A model generated the notes under the pieces. The model made no database searches. It was not told where the DNA came from and was given only the letters and a program-made list of their open reading frames with translations. This document shows positions 56,763 through 64,000 of a stretch of DNA of 64,000 nucleotides, in pieces (the first letter of the stretch is position 1; each line of letters opens with the position of its first letter). The position numbers and the translations under genes were made by a program. Source of the stretch: a virus (lineage: Duplodnaviria > Caudoviricetes); IMG/VR virus record IMGVR_UViG_3300031992_000084, positions 6,115 through 70,114 of that record; one strand, 5' to 3'.

Positions 56763-56887
56763 TTTCTCGATAGAAAATGTGTATATTTGCGAGCAGAGAT
56801 AGGTCGGAGTAGCTACCGACTGACAAGGGTAAGCAGACAGCCCTTCTCTGCTTTCAAATAGTCTGCGTAACATAAATAGTCTGCAAG
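56759..56887 (+). ncRNA. Promoter plus structured 5' leader RNA of HNH gene (copy A)
   Basis: TTTG-N19-TATATTTG; P1 AGCAGAGA/TCTCTGCT, P2 GTCGG/CCGAC, TGAC, P3 AAGGG/CCCTT; loop GCAGAC complementary to GTCTGC at 56861 and 56879. Confidence 0.65.
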
Positions 56888-57394
56888 ATGGAAAGAATCG
56901 AGGTTTATGCTTATCGTCTCGGGTTTAGAGTCTCCAGAAACGGAGAACTTATTAGTTTTACCGGAAGAAAAAGACAATGTTTATTACATCCAAAAGGATA
57001 TAAATGCATTTCTCTTCGTGTAAAGGTTGAAGACAAATCTGTTTATAAGCTACTGTTTGTACATAGGCTTCAGGCATATCAGAAATTTGGTGAGGAATTA
57101 TTTAAGCCCGGCATTGTCGTTAGACATCTGAACGGAAACCCGGTGGACAACTCTTTCGATAATATTGAGATTGGTACAGAAAGCGACAACTGGATGGATA
57201 TTCCGAAAGAAAAGAGGATTGAACGGGCAAGGAATGCTGCAAGGATGCTACCGAAGAGGTACTCGCGAGATAAAATAGCCATGATAAAGGCTGATCGCGC
57301 ATCGGGGATGTCTTATAATAAACTAATGAAGAAATACGGAATTTCGAGCAAAGGAACGATTAGTTATATATGTAATCACGAATATATGTTTTGA
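56888..57394 (+). CDS. HNH endonuclease with C-terminal HTH
   Basis: FVHRLQAYQKF...VVRHLNGNPVDNSFDNIEIGTESDNWMD. Confidence 0.85.
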   Translation: MERIEVYAYRLGFRVSRNGELISFTGRKRQCLLHPKGYKCISLRVKVEDKSVYKLLFVHRLQAYQKFGEELFKPGIVVRHLNGNPVDNSFDNIEIGTESDNWMDIPKEKRIERARNAARMLPKRYSRDKIAMIKADRASGMSYNKLMKKYGISSKGTISYICNHEYMF

Positions 57395-57395
57395 T

Positions 57396-58898
57396 ATGCA
57401 GTTGCGCGATTACCAAAACACTTTAATTAGCGAAGCAAGGCTGGCTCTGTCGAAGCACAAACACATCATCGTGCAGTCGCCGACAGGATCCGGCAAAGGG
57501 GTCCTCATCGGCTCGATGGCTTCAATGGCCACAGCCAAGCATAACCGTGTTCTGATCCTGGCTCACAGTGAGGAGATTTTGAAGCAGGACGCAGGCCACG
57601 CCAGGAAATGGGGAGTGGATGCGGCTGAGGTCTATGCGAAAACGAGGAAGATGCCGGAGAATGACTGCTGCTGTATGATGGTGCAGACGCTTCGACAAAG
57701 ATTAAAAAAGGATTATTGGCGGATTTGGTTTGACGAATTTAACTTCTTAATACTCGATGAATCGCACCGTTCCGAATTTGACATCGTTTTCGAGTATGTC
57801 AATCCGAAGGTGTATGTGGTAGGGCTTAGTGCCACCCCTGCTCGGTATGGGCGAATGAAGCAACTCGCGCTTATGTATGAGGCGATGGTAGTTGGCCCAT
57901 CAGTCCAAGACCTAATAGACCAAGGTTTTTTGTGCCGATGCAAGTTATATTCCTTGGATGCTCCGTCGATGGATGATGTCGAGTGGGACTACGGTCGTGG
58001 AGATTACTCGCTTGGTCAGATGGCTCAGAAGTTCAAGTCTCGCGCAAGGTACATCGGGGCAGTGGAGAATTATCAGCGTATTTGTCCCGGCGCTAAGGCC
58101 GTATGTTTCGGATGTAGTTCCGAGCAAGTTATTGGAATCACGGAGCAATTCTGCGCTGCGGGTATTAAAGCGAAATACCTGCTATCAGCCAACTTTGATG
58201 AGGACGAGGACTTTAGTGGTGAAAGAAAAGAGATTATGGATCAGTTTAAGCGCGGAGAGTTCCAAGTTCTTGTGCTGCTTGGAATCGGAACTGCTGGCCT
58301 GGATATACCTGATATAAAGGCCGTGCTTGTCTTGTTCGCTACGACCTCGATAGTTAAGTGGTATCAAGTGTTAGGTCGTTGCAGCAGGCCCGCTGACGGG
58401 AAGAATGGCGAGTTTATCTGTTTGGATTTTGGCCTCAATTACTCTCGCCTCGGTCGTTATGAAGATTCTCGCGTTTGGGGACTTTGGCATAAGGAGGGCG
58501 CTGGCGGAGGAGTGCCGCCTATGAAAATCTGTCCGCAGTGCCAGAAGATGATTCCTGTCCAGTATCAAGATTGCCCGTATTGCCAGTACCACTTTCCGAC
58601 ACAGCAAGAAATATATCAGTCGGATTTGCAAGAAATAGTTGCAAAAAACGACGAAGAAACTATTGAGTCCTATGTTGCCAGAAAGAAACTTGAAGGGAAA
58701 TCTAACAACTGGATATTGGTCCAAGTTTGCATAAAGAATCCTGACAACCAAAAGGAAGCATTCATGCGAGCAATCGAGGTGCTGAGGACAAAGCACGGTG
58801 CGAATATCAGCCCAAAGTATTACTTCTTTTTTCGTAAAAACATCCTCGACAAGGTAAAGGTCAAGAAACAGGCGGACTCCTCGCCGAAACTGTTTTAG
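57396..58898 (+). CDS. SF2 (DEAD/ResIII-like) helicase with Zn ribbon
   Basis: SPTGSGKG, LDESH, GLSATP, GLDIPD, CPQC..CPYC. Confidence 0.9.
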   Translation: MQLRDYQNTLISEARLALSKHKHIIVQSPTGSGKGVLIGSMASMATAKHNRVLILAHSEEILKQDAGHARKWGVDAAEVYAKTRKMPENDCCCMMVQTLRQRLKKDYWRIWFDEFNFLILDESHRSEFDIVFEYVNPKVYVVGLSATPARYGRMKQLALMYEAMVVGPSVQDLIDQGFLCRCKLYSLDAPSMDDVEWDYGRGDYSLGQMAQKFKSRARYIGAVENYQRICPGAKAVCFGCSSEQVIGITEQFCAAGIKAKYLLSANFDEDEDFSGERKEIMDQFKRGEFQVLVLLGIGTAGLDIPDIKAVLVLFATTSIVKWYQVLGRCSRPADGKNGEFICLDFGLNYSRLGRYEDSRVWGLWHKEGAGGGVPPMKICPQCQKMIPVQYQDCPYCQYHFPTQQEIYQSDLQEIVAKNDEETIESYVARKKLEGKSNNWILVQVCIKNPDNQKEAFMRAIEVLRTKHGANISPKYYFFFRKNILDKVKVKKQADSSPKLF

Positions 58899-58901
58899 AG
58901 T

Positions 58902-59030
58902 ATGGATGCGGCATACGGCATATCTCGCACCCGAGACAAAAAGGGCATCATTGTCAAACAAACAACCCCTCCGTGGGTAAACTGCATTCACACAAATGTG
59001 GGCGGCGGCCGTCTACGATGGAGGTGTTAA
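58902..59030 (+). CDS. TRD-like mini-ORF upstream of the methyltransferase (possibly frameshifted)
   Basis: MDAAYGISRTRDKKG...VNCIHTNVGGGR; the -1 frame continues STMEVLILEVYEEDNPL to 59065. Confidence 0.45.
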   Translation: MDAAYGISRTRDKKGIIVKQTTPPWVNCIHTNVGGGRLRWRC

Positions 59031-59042
59031 TATTGGAGGTAT

Positions 59043-60041
59043 ATGAAGAAGATAATCCCCTTTGACGACTACAACCATAGGATACATTCCGGCACGGATA
59101 TTGTGGGAACGGTTCTGCCCACTTTGGGCAACCACGCATTAACGAATGGATGGAAACTGATAGAGACAGATATTGATATGGCAAAACATTACAGAATCAG
59201 AAAACTTACTCCGACGGAATGTCTTAGATTGATGGGAGTAAGCAACGAAGACATCGCGAAGATGAGGGCTGCTGGCATCAGCGACAGTCAACTTTACAAG
59301 ATGGCGGGCAACAGCATCGTTGTATCGGTGCTTGAGGGTGTTTTCAGGAATATGAACTTTGGGGACAAGCCCCTTCGCGTTTTTGAGGCATTTGCGGGCT
59401 ATGGTTCGCAAAGTATGGCGCTTCGGAACATCGGAGTAAATCACGAGGTGGTAGGCATCAGCGAGATAGACAAGTACGCCATAATGGGGTACAACGCTAC
59501 CCATCCAAAGACTGAGAATTTCGGTGATATCTGCAAGATAGATTGGTCTCAAGTGCCCGATTTCGACCTTTTCACTTATAGTTTCCCTTGCACCGACATT
59601 AGCAATGCGGGAGCGCAGGCTGGCTTTGAAGAGGGCTCTGGCACTCGCAGTTCTTTGCTGTGGGAATGTCGTAAGGCAATAGCGGCCAAGAAACCCAAGT
59701 ATTTACTTATGGAGAATGTCAAGGCGATAACCAGCAAGAAGTTTCTTCCTGGTCTGCACAGATGGATGGACTTTCTTTCTACGCAGGGATACACAAACTT
59801 TATCAAGGTTCTAAACGCCAAGGACTATGGCGTCCCTCAGAACAGAGAGCGCTGTTTTTTGGTTTCCATTCTCGGTGAAGCGTGGTATGATTTCCCTCAG
59901 CCCATACCCCTTGAGAAGAAACTGAAGGATGTGCTGGAGGAGCAGGTGGACGAGAAGTATTATCTCGACCAGGAACGAGTAGACAAATTTATAGCCGAAT
60001 TGAGCGATGAAAAGCGTAGTGCCCTGGAACACGGAGAATGA
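59043..60041 (+). CDS. Circularly permuted C5 cytosine DNA methyltransferase
   Basis: Order IX (RKLTPTECLRLMG), X (LYKMAGNSIVV), I (FAGYG), IV (SFPC), VI (MENV), VIII (QNRERCF). Confidence 0.9.
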   Translation: MKKIIPFDDYNHRIHSGTDIVGTVLPTLGNHALTNGWKLIETDIDMAKHYRIRKLTPTECLRLMGVSNEDIAKMRAAGISDSQLYKMAGNSIVVSVLEGVFRNMNFGDKPLRVFEAFAGYGSQSMALRNIGVNHEVVGISEIDKYAIMGYNATHPKTENFGDICKIDWSQVPDFDLFTYSFPCTDISNAGAQAGFEEGSGTRSSLLWECRKAIAAKKPKYLLMENVKAITSKKFLPGLHRWMDFLSTQGYTNFIKVLNAKDYGVPQNRERCFLVSILGEAWYDFPQPIPLEKKLKDVLEEQVDEKYYLDQERVDKFIAELSDEKRSALEHGE

Positions 60042-60399
60042 TGGAACAAGCCGCACGATTAAAGCGCAATACTACAAAAATGGATTTGTCAACTTCTTCA
60101 TCGGAGGAGATTATGGTGCAACGGGCGTGTTTGAATACTGCGGGGAAGGGGATAGCGAAGACGGTGTTGTCGGGGTATTACAAGTACGGGGTGCAGACGC
60201 TATTGACGGGCGACTTCGGGACATCGGGAACGATAGTCTTGGAAATATCGTTGGAAAAATCAACTCTTCCCAAGACGGAGTGATAGTCCATATCAACTCT
60301 ATAGTACCCTGTTTGACCAGTGGTCACGGGAATTGTCCCAAGGTGGTTGTTATTGATGATGATGGCACAGGAGTTGCAGGGGGAGTAGAAAAAGAATGA
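60007..60399 (+). CDS. TRD-like ORF A (two modules)
   Basis: VVPWNTENDGTSRTIKAQYYKNG... and IVGKINSSQDGVIV...VPCLTSGHGNCPKV. Confidence 0.55.
   Translation: MKSVVPWNTENDGTSRTIKAQYYKNGFVNFFIGGDYGATGVFEYCGEGDSEDGVVGVLQVRGADAIDGRLRDIGNDSLGNIVGKINSSQDGVIVHINSIVPCLTSGHGNCPKVVVIDDDGTGVAGGVEKE
60038..60283 (+). CDS. TRD-like ORF B, nested in another frame of ORF A
   Basis: ATG overlaps the methyltransferase stop; second ATG at 60113; CLNTAGKGIAKTVLSGYYKYG...IVLE. Confidence 0.5.
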   Translation: MMEQAARLKRNTTKMDLSTSSSEEIMVQRACLNTAGKGIAKTVLSGYYKYGVQTLLTGDFGTSGTIVLEISLEKSTLPKTE

Positions 60400-60400
60400 T

Positions 60401-60616
60401 ATGAAAATTTCAGAACAAGTTGGAAGAATAACTGGAGCTCAACATGATGAATGCGGGTTTTAGTTTCAGGTTGAGACATGTTTACCTTCTGAGGAGTCGG
60501 AAGCGATTGAGGTTATTTATTGTTTCCCGTTCAATCAAAAATTGCCGAAAGAGATTGCTCTCGACAAATTCAAATTCAAGCAAGTTAAGATAACTGTAGA
60601 AATGGTGGAGGATTAA
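60401..60616 (+). pseudogene. 71-codon ORF interrupted by an in-frame TAG at 60461
   Basis: MKISEQVGRITGAQHDECGF*FQVETCLP...VKITVEMVED, filling the intergenic gap exactly. Confidence 0.5.
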
Positions 60617-60620
60617 GCGT

Positions 60621-61147
60621 ATGGACATTGAGATTAGACGGAACAGGGACATAAGTTTTAGTGTAACCGGCGGGGACCAGGAGGCACTGAAAGAGCTGTT
60701 TCAGATGACTGACGAGCAGAAGCGTGCCCAGGAAGAATATGATGCTCGCCGCAAAGAGCTGGAGGACGAGTTTTGGCGGTTTGTGTCAGAACATCCGACA
60801 CGGGACTGTAATGGTGAACTAATCAAGCCAGAAACTCACGAGATAGGATACGATTTTGGCGACCCGGATGATGATGGCGTGACGGAAGCAAAAACAATGT
60901 GGGTCCGTCCCAAGAAAAGCGAATACGAGAAATGAGATTCGAGAGTCAAGAACAGGAAGACTATTACCGCCGTTGCCTCATGGCGCGGTCTCGTTGTGTG
61001 GACCCGATGCGGAATTGGTTCTTGGTTCCGCCGGAAGAAGTTATTTCTGAATACGAAAAAATGTGCAAGAAAATGCCGTCGGCCACAAAGAAAGACCTCG
61101 ACTATTACGAGAAGAAGTTGAACGAATTTCCAGAGATAAAGATATGA
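60621..61147 (+). CDS. Two hypothetical ORFs (60621..60935, 60932..61147)
   Basis: ATGA-coupled. Confidence 0.6.
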
Positions 61148-61575
61148 AGTCAGTAATCTACGAGTTTGACCCGGTGATATACCCGAATAGGCTCTGGGTA
61201 TGCAAAAAGCCAAATACAGAAGACGTTGCGGAACTGTTTTATCCATTCAATAATGATGGCGAAATGGTGGATAGTTTTGGCGATGTGCTTGAAGATGATT
61301 CCGGGAAATACGCCAATACACTGATTGTAGGGAACAAGAGGTCACGGATGCGAGGTTGTCTTGTCTCTATCTTCCAGCCAGGAGGATGTGGGGCGGGAGT
61401 CTGCGCACACGAGGCTCTGCATTATATTGCATATCTAAGTGATCAGTTTGACATTCCTCTTGGTGGGTTCGACACAAGCGAACCGTTGGCATACCTCGAG
61501 CAGTGGGCCACGAACTGCATCTGGAGTACACTTGTCGGGCATCCCGAGAAAATGAAAGGAGTAAAAGTTGAGTAA
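61144..61575 (+). CDS. HEXXH metallopeptidase-like protein
   Basis: CAHEALH ... SEPLAYL. Confidence 0.6.
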   Translation: MKSVIYEFDPVIYPNRLWVCKKPNTEDVAELFYPFNNDGEMVDSFGDVLEDDSGKYANTLIVGNKRSRMRGCLVSIFQPGGCGAGVCAHEALHYIAYLSDQFDIPLGGFDTSEPLAYLEQWATNCIWSTLVGHPEKMKGVKVE

Positions 61576-61576
61576 T

Positions 61577-62588
61577 ATGAATAGAGAAGAAGTTTATGCA
61601 TGGCTTAGGGAGAACCCCGTAGAGGCGCGTCTTATCATATATGAACTGGTCCGTGACGAAAGTTTTGATTTGTCGGAAGTTGTGAAATTGCAGGAACTTT
61701 CATTAAAAGGGCTTATAAACGAAAACCGAAGGGATGCTTGCGAGGGTGCAGTTCTCGCTTGCTTGTACCGCGACGAGATGTACGGCAAGGGGAAGAATTA
61801 TGCCTCAAAGCAGGAGGTCGATGAGCGGGCAAGGCAGTTTATTAACAAAGTCGGGTGCTTCCCGGAAATAGGTGAAAAGTGATATGAAGCCAGGAGATAA
61901 GGTGTGGGTGTTCCTATCTGGAGTGCAAGAGATAGTAGCGGGCGAGTGCATCAGTGCTACTAAATTGTCAGAAAGAACCTATGTCACTATCGGATACACA
62001 ACGCCGAGTGGCGCAATCATCAGAAGCGGCGGGAACATTCTTGGCCACGACTGCTTTCCCACCCGCGAGGCGCTGTGCGAGCATTACAGGAAGATATTTG
62101 CCGAATAGATATGGAACGAAAATTACCTGATTTTCCGATTATGCCAGACCATGGCTATGAGGAAATTGACCAGAATGGAGAGTGGAAAGACAGCAACATC
62201 GGTTATCTTTCCACCGAGGATGAGATATCGGGAAAGTATAGAAGGAAGGCCGTAACGAACGAGATGAAGCGGAAATACTTTCACGAACTCATAGACTATT
62301 TTGCCGATGTTGCAGAGATTGGTCCTGTTTGCGGTCGTATTGAAGATCGAGCGATTCTTATCTATTCCGATAAGGTCGGACAGTTGACGCTTGCAGTTGT
62401 AGAAATAAACAAAGAAGATAAATAATATGACCATCGAAGAATACAAGGCCCAGGTGTTTAAGTATGACGGTAAGGGTAACCCGGTTCCTATCTCGGAGAT
62501 ATGGGGTTGGCTGACAAGGAAGCAACGCCGAGAGATTACAACCCTGGTGCGCAAAGGTAAGAATCCGGATATAATGAATTACTTTTGA
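61577..62588 (+). CDS. Four small hypothetical ORFs (61577..61882, 61884..62108, 62111..62425, 62427..62588)
   Basis: Each starts 1-2 nt after the previous stop. Confidence 0.6.
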
Positions 62589-62590
62589 AT

Positions 62591-63784
62591 ATGATTGAGA
62601 TTAAGAGAAATAACGGTTCTCCGGTGAAGGTTTTCGCCGAGACCTTCGAGTACGAGGCTTATGACCAGGTGAAGGCGCTGGCCAACTATTCTCCATATGC
62701 TGATTCGACTATCCGGATCATGCCGGACGCACATGCCGGCAAGGGATGCACAATCGGAACAACGATGACTCTGCACGGAAAGGTTACTCCGAACCTTGTC
62801 GGCGTAGATATTGGCTGCGGTATGCTCGTTGTTGATCTCGGGTCGAGGATTCGTCCGGACTTCGCCAAGTTGGATGCCGCAATCAAGGCTGGAATCCCGT
62901 CCGGCTTCGGAATCCATGATTCCCCTGTCGTCAGCTTCCCGATGCTCGACCTCCTCCGCTGTGGTAAGTCGGTGGATCTGTCGCGCGCTGCCTGTTCAAT
63001 CGGTTCGCTCGGAGGAGGAAATCACTTCATTGAACTGGACACTAATGAAGACACCGGCAAGTATTACCTTGTCATCCATTCAGGCTCCAGGAACCTCGGC
63101 GTCCAGGTCTGCAAGTATTATCAGGACCTCGCGTACAAGAAGTTGAACGAGACCGGAGCGGCCAAGAATGAAATCGTCAGGAGACTGAAAGCGGAGGGAC
63201 GTGAGAAAGATATTCAGACTGAGTTGAAAAAGTTTCAGAAGCCCTCCTGCAACAAGGAGCTGGCGCACCTTGAGGGTAGGGACTTCGATAACTACATAGC
63301 CGATATGAAGATTGTGCAACGGTACGCTTCCGAGAACCGATCCACAATGGCCGGGTTTATCCTGACCGCTATGGGGTGGAATCCGAAGGGTTACTTCGAG
63401 ACCATCCACAACTACATCGACACCGACGCGATGATACTCCGCAAGGGTGCGGTTCGCGCAGATGCCGGGGAGAAGCTCATCATCCCGATGAATATGCGGG
63501 ATGGCTCGCTGATCTGCATCGGCAAGGGTAATCCGGACTGGAACTACTCTGCTCCGCATGGTGCCGGAAGACTGATGTCTCGCGCCAAGGCGAAGGAAAC
63601 CCTCTCGGTCGATGAGTTCAAGAGCGTAATGTCCGGAATCTACTCAACAACTATTGGGGAGGGAACCATTGACGAATCTCCGATGGCCTACAAGCCAATG
63701 GATGAGATTATCCGGTGCATCGAGCCCACGGCCAAGGTATCGGAGATTATCAAGCCTGTTTATAATTTCAAAGCCGGAGAGTAG
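62591..63784 (+). CDS. rtcB: RtcB-family RNA ligase
   Basis: IMPDAHAGKGCTIG, GVDIGCG, GSLGGGNHFIE, VIHSGSR, SAPHGAGR, DESPMAYK. Confidence 0.95.
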   Translation: MIEIKRNNGSPVKVFAETFEYEAYDQVKALANYSPYADSTIRIMPDAHAGKGCTIGTTMTLHGKVTPNLVGVDIGCGMLVVDLGSRIRPDFAKLDAAIKAGIPSGFGIHDSPVVSFPMLDLLRCGKSVDLSRAACSIGSLGGGNHFIELDTNEDTGKYYLVIHSGSRNLGVQVCKYYQDLAYKKLNETGAAKNEIVRRLKAEGREKDIQTELKKFQKPSCNKELAHLEGRDFDNYIADMKIVQRYASENRSTMAGFILTAMGWNPKGYFETIHNYIDTDAMILRKGAVRADAGEKLIIPMNMRDGSLICIGKGNPDWNYSAPHGAGRLMSRAKAKETLSVDEFKSVMSGIYSTTIGEGTIDESPMAYKPMDEIIRCIEPTAKVSEIIKPVYNFKAGE

Positions 63785-63785
63785 C

Positions 63786-64000
63786 ATGCAAGTTTTCGTA
63801 CCATACCCTTCGCCGATAGATGTGGCGAAATGCCTAGATTCGAAGAGGCTCAGGAAGCAGATAATCGAGTGCGCCCAAATAATGCTTGCACTGGAGGGAG
63901 AGTCTTCCGCTTGGATAAATCATCCTGCGACAAAGACTTATGAGCATTATTATTCTTGGCTTCACGATTATTGCTTATGTCTTGAATATTATTTGGCAAA
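63786..64000 (+). CDS. Pyrimidine-dimer DNA glycosylase (DenV-like), partial
   Basis: Manual translation MQVFVPYPSPIDVAKCLDSKRLRKQIIEC...NHPA, open to the window end. Confidence 0.75.
   Translation, partial: MQVFVPYPSPIDVAKCLDSKRLRKQIIECAQIMLALEGESSAWINHPATKTYEHYYSWLHDYCLCLEYYLA

Noticed and set aside
1841-63559. Long antisense or alternate-frame ORFs (e.g. 1841..2605, 22335..23252, 35155..35985, 48719..49552, 50028..51068, 52189..53139)
   Set aside because: Shadow ORFs opposite well-supported genes with biased codon usage; no motifs or start context.
1-64000. Genome-wide TAG or TGA reassignment
   Set aside because: Long genes are intact in code 11 and many end in TAG or TGA with the next start immediately coupled; only one isolated internal TAG was seen.

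Overview
A 64 kb segment of a tailed dsDNA phage (siphovirus-like) of a Bacteroidales host. The host assignment rests on repeated TTTG-N19/20-TAnnTTTG promoters and A-rich translation starts without Shine-Dalgarno motifs. Layout: (1) partial terminase large subunit on the minus strand (1-396), divergent from a plus-strand virion operon of scaffold, decoration protein, major capsid, neck, tail tube, tail chaperones, 2175-aa tape measure, distal tail and tail tip, lysis genes and an 1101-aa fibre (495-25127). (2) A plus-strand accessory cassette built around a Gly/Asn/aromatic-rich coiled-coil protein with a CxCCC motif, interrupted by an antisense NUMOD4-HNH element (25084-29557). (3) A minus-strand block of about 45 small early/middle genes, including a serine recombinase, an HNH, a GP88-like and an LPD28-like protein (29625-45870). 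(4) A ~1 kb divergent intergenic region with iteron-like repeats, the probable origin (45871-46935). (5) A plus-strand replication/recombination/modification arm: SF3 helicase, TOPRIM primase, DnaA-domain-IV-like protein, MazG, PAPS-reductase-like protein, exonuclease, SF2 helicase, C5 methyltransferase, RtcB and a DenV-like glycosylase. No integrase, reverse transcriptase, CRISPR array, rRNA or canonical tRNA was found. Strongest leads: a circularly permuted C5 methyltransferase flanked by free-standing, partly dual-coded TRD-like mini-ORFs; a pseudoknotted 5' leader RNA present twice, with compensatory changes, in front of two different HNH genes; the CxCCC cassette; and two tRNA-top-half mimics. 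All protein calls are from motif recognition by eye; no database search was run.
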